From Alphaproteobacteria bacterium (GTDB taxonomy: Bacteria; Pseudomonadota; Alphaproteobacteria; MPNO01), in assembly GCA_965248835.1 (NCBI GenBank), contig CBDFLJ010000001.1, positions 1,216,001-1,280,000 of the forward strand: a stretch of 64,000 bases of DNA, read 5' to 3'. Below, in pieces: positions 10,648-23,392 of this stretch (position 1 is the first letter of the stretch; every line of letters begins with the position of its first letter). Below the pieces are notes generated by a model, which worked only from the letters and a program-made list of their open reading frames with translations, was not told where the DNA came from and searched no databases. The position numbers were made by a program, and so were the translations under genes.

Positions 10648-12526
10648 GTTTGACGAAGCGCAGGAGTGCGGTGACCGCCGCCGGAGTGATGCCCGGGACC
10701 CGCGAGGCGGCGCCGATGGTGGCGGGTCGGGCGCGGTCGAGCTTTTCGGAGACCTCGCGGGACAGGCCGCCGATCCCACGGTAATCGAGGTTCGCCGGGA
10801 GACGAAGCCGCTCGTCGCGCCGGAACATCGCGATATCGGCGCTCTGGCGGTCGAGATAGACGGCGTAGCGGCAATCGATCGCAATCTGCCGGGCGATCGC
10901 TTCATCGAGCGCGCCGAGCGCCGGCCACACGCGCACGAGCCGCGCCATGTCGATGTCGGGATATCCCAACAGGCAGGCGGCGGTGCGCGCCTGCCCATCC
11001 TGGGCGACCGGGAGGCCGTACCGGCCAAGCGTGGTGGGGCTCGCCGTCAGAAGCTCGCACAGCGTCCGGGCGGCGGCCAGCTTCCGGCTTTTTTCCGCGA
11101 ACCGGCGGGTGCGCTCGGCGCCGATGCAGCCGAGCGCGACGCCTCTCGGCGTCAGCCGCTGGTCGGCGTTGTCCGCGCGCAACGACAGCCGGTACTCGGC
11201 CCGCGAGGTGAACATGCGATAGGGCTCTTGCGTCCCGCGGGTGACCAGGTCGTCGATCATCACGCCGATATAGGCCTCGGCCCGGTCGAGCACGAAGCCC
11301 TCGGCACGCCCCGAGGCGATGAGGGCCGCGTTGAGCCCGGCGATCAGCCCCTGCCCGGCGGCCTCCTCATAGCCCGTGGTGCCGTTGATCTGCCCGGCGT
11401 GAAACAGCCGCGGCACGCGCCGCGTCTGCAGGCTCGGCTCCAGCTCGCGCGGATCGACATAGTCATACTCGATCGCGTAGCCCGGCCGCAGGATCGCGCA
11501 CCGTTCGAGCCCCGGTATCGCGTGAACCATCTCGTCCTGGATTTCGGCCGGCAGGGACGTCGAGATGCCGTTGGGATAGACCGTGTGATCGTCGAGGCCC
11601 TCGGGCTCGAGAAAGATTTGGTGGCGTTCGCGGTCGGCGAACCGGACCACCTTGTCCTCGATCGAGGGGCAATAGCGCGGCCCCCGGCTTTCGATCTGCC
11701 CGGAATAGATCGGCGAGCGGTGGAGATTGGCGCGGATCGCCGCGTGGACCGAAGGGGTGGTCCAGGTGATGTGGCAATCGATCTGCGGCACGGTGATCCG
11801 TTCGGTCATGGTCGAGAACGGGACCGGCGGATCGTCGCCCGGCTGGCGTTCGAGGCCCGGCCAGTCGATGGTGCGGCCGTCGAGTCGGGGCGGTGTGCCG
11901 GTCTTGAGCCGGCCGAGCGAGAAGCCCAGCGCATCGAGCGTGCCGGCAAGTGCGGTCGCGGGCGCCTCGCCGACGCGGCCGGCCGGCGTCGTGTGCTCGC
12001 CAATATGGATCAGCCCGCGCAGGAAGGTCCCGGTGGTCAGCACCACCGCGCCGGCGCGGATCGCCTCGCCGGTCTCGGTCAGGACGCCGGCGGCGCACCC
12101 GGCCTCGTCGATGATGATGTCGCGGACCGCGGCGGCGCGGCGCTCCAGGTTCGGCTGGCCGGCCAGGATCTGCTGCATCGCGGCGCGATAGAGCGCGCGG
12201 TCAGCCTGGGCGCGCGGGCCCTGGACCGCCGGGCCCTTGCGCCGGTTGAGCATGCGGAACTGGATGCCGGCGCGGTCGATCGCCCGGCCCATCACGCCGT
12301 CGAGCGCATCGATCTCGCGCACCAGATGACCCTTGCCGAGCCCGCCGATCGCGGGATTGCACGACATCTCGCCGATGGTCTCCAGCCGGTGGGTGGCGAG
12401 CAACGTGCGCGCGCCGAGGCGGGCCGCGGCACACGCGGCCTCGCAGCCCGCATGGCCGCCTCCGACGACGATCACATCATAATCCGACACGGCCGGGACC
12501 TTAGGAACCAGGCGGCGATTTGTCAT
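10622..12526 (-). CDS. mnmG: tRNA U34 modification enzyme MnmG (GidA)
   Basis: [64 protein letters not shown]. Confidence 0.98.
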   Translation of the reverse strand: MTNRRLVPKVPAVSDYDVIVVGGGHAGCEAACAAARLGARTLLATHRLETIGEMSCNPAIGGLGKGHLVREIDALDGVMGRAIDRAGIQFRMLNRRKGPAVQGPRAQADRALYRAAMQQILAGQPNLERRAAAVRDIIIDEAGCAAGVLTETGEAIRAGAVVLTTGTFLRGLIHIGEHTTPAGRVGEAPATALAGTLDALGFSLGRLKTGTPPRLDGRTIDWPGLERQPGDDPPVPFSTMTERITVPQIDCHITWTTPSVHAAIRANLHRSPIYSGQIESRGPRYCPSIEDKVVRFADRERHQIFLEPEGLDDHTVYPNGISTSLPAEIQDEMVHAIPGLERCAILRPGYAIEYDYVDPRELEPSLQTRRVPRLFHAGQINGTTGYEEAAGQGLIAGLNAALIASGRAEGFVLDRAEAYIGVMIDDLVTRGTQEPYRMFTSRAEYRLSLRADNADQRLTPRGVALGCIGAERTRRFAEKSRKLAAARTLCELLTASPTTLGRYGLPVAQDGQARTAACLLGYPDIDMARLVRVWPALGALDEAIARQIAIDCRYAVYLDRQSADIAMFRRDERLRLPANLDYRGIGGLSREVSEKLDRARPATIGAASRVPGITPAAVTALLRFVKREPARETA

Positions 12527-12549
12527 CGGAAATCTGGCGCGGGCGCGGA

Positions 12550-12565
12550 TGTTTCACGTGAAACA
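12550..12565. promoter_or_regulatory. parS site (perfect palindrome) between mnmE and mnmG
   Basis: TGTTTCACGTGAAACA perfect 16-bp palindrome near parAB. Confidence 0.93.
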
Positions 12566-12575
12566 CAGCGCCTGG

Positions 12576-13925
12576 CTATTTGCCGATGCAGAAATCGCGA
12601 AACACCGCGTCGAGCACGTCCTCGACATCGACTCGCCCGGTGATCCGACCGAGCGCGTGCAGCGCGGTGCGCAAATCCTCGGCGACCAGCGCGACCTCGC
12701 TGGCCGATTCGGCGCGGGCGAGGCTCTCCCGGCAGGCCTCCAGCGCCAGACGATGGCGCATCCGGGTCGGGCCGGGATCAGTTCCGAGCGCCGCCTTGGC
12801 CGCAACCGCTGCGCCCAGCGCCTCGACCAGACGGCCGAGCCCCTCGCCCGTACGCACCGAGATCGGCAGCACCGGCCTGCCGCCGATCGACGTTCCGCCG
12901 GGCACCGGCGCCAAATCAATCTTGTTTGCCGCCACGATCACATCCTCGCCCGGCATCGGACCGGGCGCCTCCAGCACCGCGGCATCGACCAGGACAAGCC
13001 GGATGTCGGCGGCTTCAGCGCGGGCGCGGGCGCGGGCCACGCCTTCGGCCTCGACCTCGCTGCCGGGCGCGCGCAGCCCAGCGGTATCGGCGAGGATCGC
13101 CGGATAGCCGCCGAGATCCATATGGACCTCGACAACGTCGCGAGTGGTGCCGGCATGGGGCGAGACGATCGCCGCGTCGCGCCCGGCCAAGTAGTTGAGA
13201 AGACTGGATTTTCCGACATTCGGTAGGCCCAGGATGGCAATCGAGACGCCATCGCGCAGCCGTTCTGCGCGGCCTCCGTCGGCGAGATGGCTCTCGATCG
13301 CGGCGCCGAGGCGGTCGATTTGGCTGGCGATGGTGCGCGCGAGATCGGCCGGCAAATCCTCGTCGGGGAAATCGATCGCCGCCTCGACATGGGCCAGCGT
13401 CCCGGTCAGGGCGGCCCGCCAGCCGTCATAGAGCGCAGCCAGCGCGCCGCCGGCCTGGCGCTGGGCCTGGCGCCGTTGCGCCTCGGTCTGGGCATCGATC
13501 AAATCGGCGATCGCTTCGACCTGCGTCAGATCGAGCTTGCCGGCGAGGAAGGCGCGGCGGGTGAACTCGCCGGGCAGCGCCGGCGCGAGGCCGTCGAGCC
13601 GGCCGAGCGCGAGGCCGACGGAGTCGATCACCGCCGGGCCGCCATGGACGTGGAGTTCGGCCATGTCCTCGCCGGTATAGCTGTTGGGCGCGGGGAACCA
13701 GATCGCGATCGCCTCGTCCAGGGCCTCCTGGGTCGCGGGATCGCGCAGGCGCGCACGAACGGCCCGGCGAGGCGCCGGTGCCGCGATCCCGGCGATCTGG
13801 GCAAGGCTTGCCCGCGCGTGCGGCCCGGAGACCCGGAAGACCGCGATCGCCGCGCGGCCCGGCGCCGAGGACAGCGCGAATATGGTCGGTGTCCGGTTCA
13901 CGACCGGGACGCGGCGGCTTGCCAT
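12576..13925 (-). CDS. mnmE: tRNA modification GTPase MnmE (TrmE)
   Basis: [36 protein letters not shown]-terminal FCIGK; start 13901-13925. Confidence 0.97.
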   Translation of the reverse strand: MASRRVPVVNRTPTIFALSSAPGRAAIAVFRVSGPHARASLAQIAGIAAPAPRRAVRARLRDPATQEALDEAIAIWFPAPNSYTGEDMAELHVHGGPAVIDSVGLALGRLDGLAPALPGEFTRRAFLAGKLDLTQVEAIADLIDAQTEAQRRQAQRQAGGALAALYDGWRAALTGTLAHVEAAIDFPDEDLPADLARTIASQIDRLGAAIESHLADGGRAERLRDGVSIAILGLPNVGKSSLLNYLAGRDAAIVSPHAGTTRDVVEVHMDLGGYPAILADTAGLRAPGSEVEAEGVARARARAEAADIRLVLVDAAVLEAPGPMPGEDVIVAANKIDLAPVPGGTSIGGRPVLPISVRTGEGLGRLVEALGAAVAAKAALGTDPGPTRMRHRLALEACRESLARAESASEVALVAEDLRTALHALGRITGRVDVEDVLDAVFRDFCIGK

Positions 13926-13979
13926 CGCCCTGTGCGCGGCGGCACACTGGCGCATCGCTCACCCAGGCGGATCCTGCCC

Positions 13980-16003
<2,024 letters not shown>

Positions 16004-16007
<4 letters not shown>

Positions 16008-16477
16008 CGGTGCCGGCCCGCACGATCGCCTCGCCGATCGGAAACCTGACCATCGTGGCCGAGGATGCGGCGCTCACCGTGCTCGATTGGCGCCATCCAT
16101 GGCGGTCGGCCGAGGATCCGCTGCTCGACCGGGCCGAGGAACAGCTCAACGCCTATTTCGCCGGCGACCTCGATGACTTCGATCTGCCGCTGGCACCCCG
16201 CGGCAGCGCCCACGCGTGCGCCGTCTGGCAGGCGATGCGCGCCATCCCGGCCGGCCGGACGCTGAGCTACGGCGCAATCGCGCGCGCGATCGGCTCGAGC
16301 CCGCGGGCGGTCGGCGGCGCCTGCGGCCGCAACCCGATCCCGGTGATCATCCCCTGCCACCGCGTCATCGGCGCGGACGGCGCGCTGGGCGGCTATTCCG
16401 GCGCCGGCGGGGCGCAGACCAAGCGCTTTCTGCTGTCCCACGAAGGCGCGGCTAGAATGACCGGCCGGCTGATCTGA
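16004..16477 (+). CDS. ogt: Methylated-DNA--protein-cysteine methyltransferase
   Basis: RAVGGAC.RNP, IPCHRVI active site; TTG start 16004 overlapping the upstream stop. Confidence 0.9.
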
Positions 16478-16480
16478 GGC

Positions 16481-17430
16481 CTATCCGGACGGGGCGCTGC
16501 CCGCCTCCTCGCGCAGCAACTGGGCGACCCAGCGTTGGCCTGGGCGACGCCCTTGTCCACGCCCCAGCGGATCGGCCGCGCCGGGGCCGGCGCACGGTCG
16601 ATCAACGCCTGTTGCGGCTCGATCACCGCGACATCCTCATCGAAGGTGGCCTTTTTGGCGTGGTACATCCATTCGGTCAGCGCGTCGTCTTCGAGATCGG
16701 TGTTGCGCACCAGCGACCAGAAATAGTGGGTCGTCCGCTCGGTCTCGGGGGTGAGCGCGTTCAAGACCCGCATCTCGACGGCCCGGTTGCCGCCCTGGGC
16801 GCGGCCGGCGACGTGCAGTCCGATGACGATGTTGCCGGGTGGGGTGTAGACGATTTCCTGACGGTGGTCGACATTGCCCTCGAAGCCGCCGAGGCGGGCA
16901 AAGAACGGCGAGGGCGCGATATCCCGCATGTCGCGCAGCACGGTCAGGCGTTCGCCGTCGAAATCGGTCTCGATCGGGAATTCGATCACCCCTTCGGTGG
17001 CGAGCGTCCGCTGGTGCACGTAATGGGCGGGGGTGAGATCGAGCAGGTTGTCGCGGAGCAGCCTGTAATGCGCCTTGACGTGCAGCGTCTCGCCCTTGCC
17101 GGTCCAGCCGGGGTCCGCCTTCCAGTGGTAGTCGGGCAGCGGCTCCTTGCCGGCGCGCTCGGGCGCCCCGAGCCACACGAACACCCAGCCCCAGCGCTCG
17201 CACGTTGGATAGGCGCGGGTGCAGGCTCCGGGCGGGACACGCGCCGCGCCCGGCACCGCCACGCAATCGCCGCGCGCGTCGAAGCGCAGCCCGTGATCGC
17301 CGCATTCGATGACATCGCCGACCATCCGGCCGAGCGACAGCGGTGCGTCGCGGTGCGGGCGAACTCGCGGGCGGTCCGGCCGATGCCCTGCCCGGCGCCG
17401 GTTCCCCGCACCCCACACGGCCTCTAACAT
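16481..17430 (-). pseudogene. Decayed Rieske non-heme iron oxygenase alpha subunit (VanA-like)
   Basis: RPHRDAPLSLG (first Rieske Cys lost), ECGDHG, DNLLDLTPAHYVH (Fe His lost), LTPETERTTHYFW; N-terminus short; frameshift near 16535 restores RWVAQLLREEAGSAPSG* ending at 16481. Confidence 0.8.
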
Positions 17431-17485
17431 GGCGCCTGACACGGGGTCGGATCCGGCGCCCGCCGATTGCCCGGGGAGTTTCCAC

Positions 17486-18547
17486 ATGCGCATCCTGCGG
17501 ACCGGTCTGACCCATTCCGACGAGGCTAGGGCAACGCCCGGCTTCACGCTGTTCTCGCCGCTGTGGGGCCACGAGACATACATCCTCGACATGCGCGGCG
17601 AGGTGGTGCATCGCTGGGACCTGCCGGCCGGGCTCGGCGGCTACGCGCGGCTGATGCCCAACGGCAACCTGTTCGTGTCCGTCAACACGCCGACGGGGCC
17701 GCGGTTTGGCGGCGGCGCGCAGGGCGGTCGCCTGCTGGAGCTCGACTGGGACGGCAAGGTGGTCAACGCGTTCGTCGACGACTTCCAGCACCACGATTGC
17801 TGGCGGCTGGCCAACGGCCACACGGTCTACGCCGCCTGGGAGGACATGCCCGAAGAGCACGCCGCGCGCGTGCGGGGCGGCCAGCCCGGCACCAGGCCGC
17901 CCGAGGGCATGTATTCCGACGTGGTCCGCGAGGTCGACGCGGCCGGCAACCTGGTCTTCGAGTGGCACGCCTACGACATGGAGATCGAGAAATACGAGAT
18001 GAGCCCGATGAGCCCGCTCAGGGTCTGGGCGTGGTGCAACACCACCTTCCCGCTGGCCAACGGCGATATCCTGATCAGCCTGCGCCAGATCAGTACCTGC
18101 GCGATCATCGACCGCCGGACCGGCGCGTTCCGCTGGGAGAAGACCGATCCCTCCTGGGGCGGGCAGCACGATCCGCAGATCCTGCCCAACGGCAACATGA
18201 TCTTGTTCGCCAACGGCTGGAGCACCTATGAGCCCCACCCTTATTCCCGGGTGATCGAGTTCGACCCCGAGACCGGCGAGGAGGTCTGGGTCTACAAGGA
18301 GGTCCCGGGCCGCAATTTCTACTCCCACCACATCAGCGGCCAGGAACGGCTGTGGACCGGCAATACGCTGATCTGCGAAGGGCTGTGGGGGCGGCTCTTC
18401 GAGGTCACGCCGCAGGGCGAGCTGGTCTGGGAATACATCTCCCCCTTCGAGAACCCGGCCTACCAGGGCGAGGACGTCAACTGGATCTTCCGCGCGTTCC
18501 GCTATGCCGAGGACTCGCCTGAGATCGCCGGCCGGCTGACGCTATAG
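17486..18547 (+). CDS. Aryl-sulfate sulfotransferase-like beta-propeller protein
   Basis: PGFTLFSP, LDMRGEVVHRW, QHHD, GQHDPQILPNGNMILFANG, SRVIEFDP, GNTLICEG, GELVWEY, FRAFRY; no signal peptide. Confidence 0.75.
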   Translation: MRILRTGLTHSDEARATPGFTLFSPLWGHETYILDMRGEVVHRWDLPAGLGGYARLMPNGNLFVSVNTPTGPRFGGGAQGGRLLELDWDGKVVNAFVDDFQHHDCWRLANGHTVYAAWEDMPEEHAARVRGGQPGTRPPEGMYSDVVREVDAAGNLVFEWHAYDMEIEKYEMSPMSPLRVWAWCNTTFPLANGDILISLRQISTCAIIDRRTGAFRWEKTDPSWGGQHDPQILPNGNMILFANGWSTYEPHPYSRVIEFDPETGEEVWVYKEVPGRNFYSHHISGQERLWTGNTLICEGLWGRLFEVTPQGELVWEYISPFENPAYQGEDVNWIFRAFRYAEDSPEIAGRLTL

Positions 18548-18695
18548 CCGCCGGCGGCCCCATCCGGGGTCGGGGAGGAAAAGCGCGGCCGGGGCTCGGT
18601 TGACGGCGCCTCCCTCCGAGACCCGGGTGACACCCCGCGAGCGCGCGGCTATGGTGCGGCGCGACCGCTCCGAACGGGACTGAGGGAGAGCAAGC

Positions 18696-19391
18696 ATGCC
18701 CGATATCACCATCAAGGCGCATGACGGCGGCACGTTCGGCGCCTATCTCGCGACACCGGCCGCGGGATCCGGCCCGGGCCTCGTGGTGATCCAGGAGATC
18801 TTCGGAGTCAACCGCGTGATGCGCGATCTGTGCGACGGGTTCGCGGCGGCGGGCTACATCGCCTGCTGCCCCGACCTGTTCTGGCGCCAGGAGCCCGGCG
18901 TCCAGCTCACCGACAAGTCCCAGGAGGAATGGGACAAGGCCTTCGGCTACCTCCAGGGCTTCGACTACGACAACGGGGTGGCCGACCTGGCGACGACCAT
19001 CGGCCATGTAAGGGGCCTGGACGGGTGTTCGGGCAAGGTCGGCACGGTGGGCTACTGCCTGGGCGGCAGCCTCGCCTACATGACCGCCTGCTTCACCGAT
19101 TCCGATGCCTCGGTGGGCTACTACCCGGTGCAGATCGAAGGCCACATGGACAAGGCGGCCAACGCCGGAAAGCCGGCAATGATCCACATCGCGGCGCTCG
19201 ACGGCTTCTGCCCGCCGGAGGCCCAGGCCCAGATCGTCGAGGGGCTGGGCGCCAACGACCTGTTCACCGTCCACACCTACCCGGACGTCGATCACGCCTT
19301 CGCGCGCATCGGCGGCGAGCATTACGACAAGGCGGCGGCCGATCTGGCAAACGGAAGAACGGCGGATTTTTTCAAAGCCAATCTGAGCTAA
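18696..19391 (+). CDS. Dienelactone hydrolase family protein
   Basis: VVIQEIFG, GYCLGG nucleophile, DHAF. Confidence 0.92.
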   Translation: MPDITIKAHDGGTFGAYLATPAAGSGPGLVVIQEIFGVNRVMRDLCDGFAAAGYIACCPDLFWRQEPGVQLTDKSQEEWDKAFGYLQGFDYDNGVADLATTIGHVRGLDGCSGKVGTVGYCLGGSLAYMTACFTDSDASVGYYPVQIEGHMDKAANAGKPAMIHIAALDGFCPPEAQAQIVEGLGANDLFTVHTYPDVDHAFARIGGEHYDKAAADLANGRTADFFKANLS

Positions 19392-19441
19392 CCCCGGCCT
19401 GCGTTTCCCGCACCCCGTAGACGGCGCCCAGGAGGTTCCCC

Positions 19442-20416
19442 ATGCCCAAAGCCATCCAGATCGACAAGCCGGGCCCGGCCTCGGCGATGAAGTGGCGCGA
19501 GGTCGCGGTCGGCAAACCCAAGACCGGCGAGGTATTGGTGCGCCACGGCGCCGTCGGGCTCAACTACATCGATGTCTATCACCGGGTCGGGCTCTATTCG
19601 CTGCCGTTGCCGCTGACGCTCGGCATGGAGGCCGCGGGCACGGTCGAAGCGCTGGGCCGCGGGGTCGAGGACCTCAAGGTGGGCGACCGGGTGGCCTACG
19701 CCTCGGCGCCGCTGGGGGCCTATTCGGAGGCGCGGCTGATCCCCGCCGACCGGGTGGTCAAGATCCCCAGGGCGATCAGCGATCAGACCGCCGCGGCGAT
19801 GATGCTGCAGGGCATGACCGTCCAGTACCTGCTGCGCGAGACCTACAGGGTCAAGAAGGGCGATACGATCCTGATCCACGCCGCGGCCGGCGGCGTCGGG
19901 CTGATCCTCTGCCAATGGGCGAAACATCTCGGGGCGACCGTCATCGGCACCGTCGGCACCAGGAAAAAAGCCGACCTGGCGGCCGCCCACGGCTGCGACC
20001 ACCCGATCGTCTATACCACGCAGAACTTCGTCAACCGGGTCAGGAAGATCACCAAGGGCGAAGGCGTGCCGGTGGTCTATGATTCGATCGGCAAGGACAC
20101 CTTTCCCGCCTCGCTCGACTGCCTGCGCCCGCGCGGGCTGTTCGTGAGCTTCGGCAACGCCTCGGGCCAGATCGCGGCCTTCGATGCCAACCTCCTGGCC
20201 GCCAAAGGCTCGCTCTACATGACCCGGCCGTCGCTGCCGCACTACACCGGCACCCGAGAGGATTTGGTGAAGTCCGCCGGCGAGCTGATCAGGGTGGTCA
20301 GATCCGGCGCGGTCAAGATCGAGGTCAATCAGACCTACGCGCTCAAGGACGCCGCCAAGGCCCACCGCGACCTCGAGGGCCGCAAGACGACCGGATCGAG
20401 CGTCCTGATCCCCTAG
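19442..20416 (+). CDS. qor: NADPH:quinone oxidoreductase (zeta-crystallin/MDR)
   Basis: GLNYID, HAAAGGVG, VYDSIG, FGNASG, KGSLYMTRP, TTGS. Confidence 0.92.
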   Translation: MPKAIQIDKPGPASAMKWREVAVGKPKTGEVLVRHGAVGLNYIDVYHRVGLYSLPLPLTLGMEAAGTVEALGRGVEDLKVGDRVAYASAPLGAYSEARLIPADRVVKIPRAISDQTAAAMMLQGMTVQYLLRETYRVKKGDTILIHAAAGGVGLILCQWAKHLGATVIGTVGTRKKADLAAAHGCDHPIVYTTQNFVNRVRKITKGEGVPVVYDSIGKDTFPASLDCLRPRGLFVSFGNASGQIAAFDANLLAAKGSLYMTRPSLPHYTGTREDLVKSAGELIRVVRSGAVKIEVNQTYALKDAAKAHRDLEGRKTTGSSVLIP

Positions 20417-20444
20417 CCGGTGCCGGCCGCGTCGGGCAGGCCGG

Positions 20445-21701
20445 CTACTGGTTCATGGAATCGAAGAAATCCGGATTGCTTTTGGTGTCCTTGATCTTGT
20501 CGACCAGGAATTCCATCGCGTCGGTCACCCCCATCGGGGTGAGGATACGGCGCAGCACCCACATCTTCGACAGTGTGCCGCGGTCGACCAGGAGCTCCTC
20601 CTTGCGGGTGCCGGACTTGGTGATGTCCATCGCCGGGAAGGTGCGCTTGTCGGCGAGCTTGCGGTCGAGGATGATCTCCGAATTGCCGGTGCCCTTGAAC
20701 TCCTCGAAGATGACCTCGTCCATGCGCGAGCCGGTATCGATCAACGCCGAGGAGATGATCGTCAGGGAGCCGCCGTCCTCGATATTGCGCGCCGCGCCGA
20801 AGAATCGCTTGGGACGCTGCAGGGCGTTGGCGTCCACGCCGCCGGTCAGCACCTTGCCCGAGCTCGGCACCACGGTGTTGTAGGCGCGCGCCAGCCGGGT
20901 GATCGAGTCCAGCAGGATCACCACGTCGCGCTTGTGCTCGACTAGGCGCTTGGCCTTCTCGATCACCATCTCGGCGACCTGAACGTGGCGCGTCGCCGGC
21001 TCATCGAAGGTCGAGCTGATCACCTCGCCCTTGACCGAGCGCTGCATGTCGGTGACTTCCTCGGGCCGTTCGTCGATCAACAGAACGATCAGGTAGACCT
21101 CGGGGTGGTTGGCTGCGACCGAATGGGCGATCCCCTGGAGCATCATCGTCTTGCCGGTGCGCGGCGGGGCAACGATCAGCGCCCGCTGCCCCTTCCCCAG
21201 CGGCGTGATCAGATCGATGATCCGGGTGGTCAGGTCCTTCTTGGTCGGGTCCTCGACCTCAAGGGAGATCTTGTCGTCTGGGTAGAGCGGGGTGAGGTTG
21301 TCGAAGTTGATCCGGTGGCGGATGCGGTCCGGATCCTCGAAATTGATCTGGTTGACCTTGAGCAGGGCGAAATAGCGCTCGCCCTCCTTGGGCGAGCGGA
21401 TCTGACCTTCGACGGTATCGCCGGTGCGCAGGGCGAAACGCCGGATCTGGCTGGGCGAGACGTAGATGTCGTCGGGACCGGGTAGATAGTTCGCTTCCGG
21501 CGAGCGCAGAAAGCCGAAGCCGTCCTGAAGGGTTTCCAGCACGCCATCGCCGGATATGATGACGTCGTTCTCGGCCAGTTGCTTGAGGATCGCGAACATC
21601 ATGTCCTGCTTGCGCAGGGCGGATGCGTTTTCGATCTCGAGGTCTTCGGCGAAGGAGAGCAAGTCCGCCGGAGACTTCTGCTTGAGTTCTTGCAGGTTCA
21701 T
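20445..21701 (-). CDS. rho: Transcription termination factor Rho
   Basis: [52 protein letters not shown]. Confidence 0.99.
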   Translation of the reverse strand: MNLQELKQKSPADLLSFAEDLEIENASALRKQDMMFAILKQLAENDVIISGDGVLETLQDGFGFLRSPEANYLPGPDDIYVSPSQIRRFALRTGDTVEGQIRSPKEGERYFALLKVNQINFEDPDRIRHRINFDNLTPLYPDDKISLEVEDPTKKDLTTRIIDLITPLGKGQRALIVAPPRTGKTMMLQGIAHSVAANHPEVYLIVLLIDERPEEVTDMQRSVKGEVISSTFDEPATRHVQVAEMVIEKAKRLVEHKRDVVILLDSITRLARAYNTVVPSSGKVLTGGVDANALQRPKRFFGAARNIEDGGSLTIISSALIDTGSRMDEVIFEEFKGTGNSEIILDRKLADKRTFPAMDITKSGTRKEELLVDRGTLSKMWVLRRILTPMGVTDAMEFLVDKIKDTKSNPDFFDSMNQ

Positions 21702-21854
21702 GCGAATACCAGCTGTTGCGAAGCGAGGAGAATCCGCGCGCTTGCGGTGGGTATCTCACGGCGGAGATGCCGTTGCCCCAGGTGGTCTTGGTTTTTTGAA
21801 TTGTTGTTGGAATGGTCGTCGCTTCGGGGCTATTGCCCGAATTTACGCAGGCAT

Positions 21855-21883
21855 CCTTTAACCAATAGCGAGCGCGGTGTCAA
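21855..21883 (-). promoter_or_regulatory. Putative sigma70 promoter of rho
   Basis: Minus strand TTGACA (21883-21878), 17-nt spacer, TAAAGG (21860-21855). Confidence 0.55.
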
Positions 21884-21896
21884 ATGCTGTTTGCGC

Positions 21897-22346
21897 TTAG
21901 AAAGGCTTGACGACGATCACGATGACGATGGCGACCATCAGCACCGTCGGCGCCTCGTTCGCGATCCGGTAGTAGCGCGCATCATGGCTGTTGCGTTCTT
22001 CGGCGAAGGCGCGCTGCCAGCGCACGTTGCAGTCGTAGAGCGCGAACATGCCTACCAGCAGGACGATCTTGGCATAGGGCCAGACGCTCGACCAGTCGAC
22101 GGCCCCTGGCGTAAGCCCGAGCAGAAGACCGGAAGCCAGAGACGCCAGCATCGCCGGCGTAATGATCACGCGCAGCAAGCGGCGCTCCATCACCTTGAGC
22201 ATCTCGGAGGCCTCGCTGCCCGGCACCGCCCCGCTGTGATAAACGAACAGCCGCGGCAAATAGAGCATGCCGGCCATCCAGGCGATCACCGAGATGACGT
22301 GGAGCGCCTTCATCCAGGTATAGGTCTCGGCGAGCCAGGCTGTCAT
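21897..22346 (-). CDS. hemJ: Protoporphyrinogen oxidase HemJ
   Basis: KALHVISVIAWMAGMLYLPRLFVYH, MERRL, RIANEAPT, VKPF. Confidence 0.93.
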   Translation of the reverse strand: MTAWLAETYTWMKALHVISVIAWMAGMLYLPRLFVYHSGAVPGSEASEMLKVMERRLLRVIITPAMLASLASGLLLGLTPGAVDWSSVWPYAKIVLLVGMFALYDCNVRWQRAFAEERNSHDARYYRIANEAPTVLMVAIVIVIVVKPF

Positions 22347-23392
22347 ACCGGCGCGCACGCTTGGCCGGCACCGCCGATCGGGCAAGCCGCACACCCCGCC
22401 GGGCAAACCCGGCCGCCGCCGCCCGGCGCGGTCCCGGCGGGCCGATCGGCCGCCTGGCGCACCAGCCGCACGAGGCCGTCGATGAACCGCGGGTCGGTGC
22501 CGACCGTTGCCACCCGCGTGTAGCGCGGCACGCCGGTGCGCTCGGCGAGCAGGCGATGGTCCTGATCGAGCTCGACCAGGGTCTCGGAATGCTCCGAGAC
22601 GAAGGCGATCGGCACGACCACCAGCGGCTTCGCCTCTGCACCGGCTCGCGCGATCTCGGTATCGGTATAAGGCCCGGTCCATTCGAGAGGCCCGACACGG
22701 CTCTGATAGCACACCACCTGGTCGAGATCCGGGCGCGCCAGCCGCGCTCTGATGGAAGCGGCCGTGCGCTCGACTTGTGCGGTATAGGGATCGCCCGCTG
22801 CAACGAAGGCCTTGGGGATGCCGTGTGCGGTGTAAAGAATACGCGGCGCCGGTCCGGACCATGCGGCGAGTACAGCTTCCAGCTCGGCCGCGATCGCCTC
22901 GATGAAACCCGGGTCATCGGGGTAACAGCAGATCGTCCGCGTCGGCGCGCTCAGCCTGTCGGCAGCAAGCGTTTGCCATTGCTGCAACGAGGACGCCGTC
23001 GTGGTCGTGGAATATTGCGGATAGAGCGGAAGCAGCACGATTTCATCGGCGCCGTAGCCTGCGACATCCTCGACCACCCGATCGGCCATCGGATGCCAGT
23101 AGCGCATGCAAACAAAGACCCTGACATGGTCCTCGCCCAGCGCAGCCTCCAAGGCTGCTGCCTGGGCCTCGGTCTGCTCCAGGAGTGGTGACCGCCCGCC
23201 GAGTCGGCGATAGATCTCCCGCGCTGTCCCGGCGCGGTGCCGCGAGATCATCCGGGCCAAGAACCAGCGCAGCACAGCGCCCTGGCGCAGGATCGCGGGG
23301 TCACTGAACAGGTTGAACAGGAACGGCCGGACCGCATCCAGGCTGTCGGGACCGCCGAGATTAAACAGGACGACCGCCCTGCGACGGCTCAC
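22343..23392 (-). CDS. hemH: Ferrochelatase
   Basis: FNLGGP, MRYWHP, LPLYPQYS, YQSRVGP, FVSEHSETLVELD; GTG 23392 overlapping hemE stop. Confidence 0.96.
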   Translation of the reverse strand: MSRRRAVVLFNLGGPDSLDAVRPFLFNLFSDPAILRQGAVLRWFLARMISRHRAGTAREIYRRLGGRSPLLEQTEAQAAALEAALGEDHVRVFVCMRYWHPMADRVVEDVAGYGADEIVLLPLYPQYSTTTTASSLQQWQTLAADRLSAPTRTICCYPDDPGFIEAIAAELEAVLAAWSGPAPRILYTAHGIPKAFVAAGDPYTAQVERTAASIRARLARPDLDQVVCYQSRVGPLEWTGPYTDTEIARAGAEAKPLVVVPIAFVSEHSETLVELDQDHRLLAERTGVPRYTRVATVGTDPRFIDGLVRLVRQAADRPAGTAPGGGGRVCPAGCAACPIGGAGQACAPV

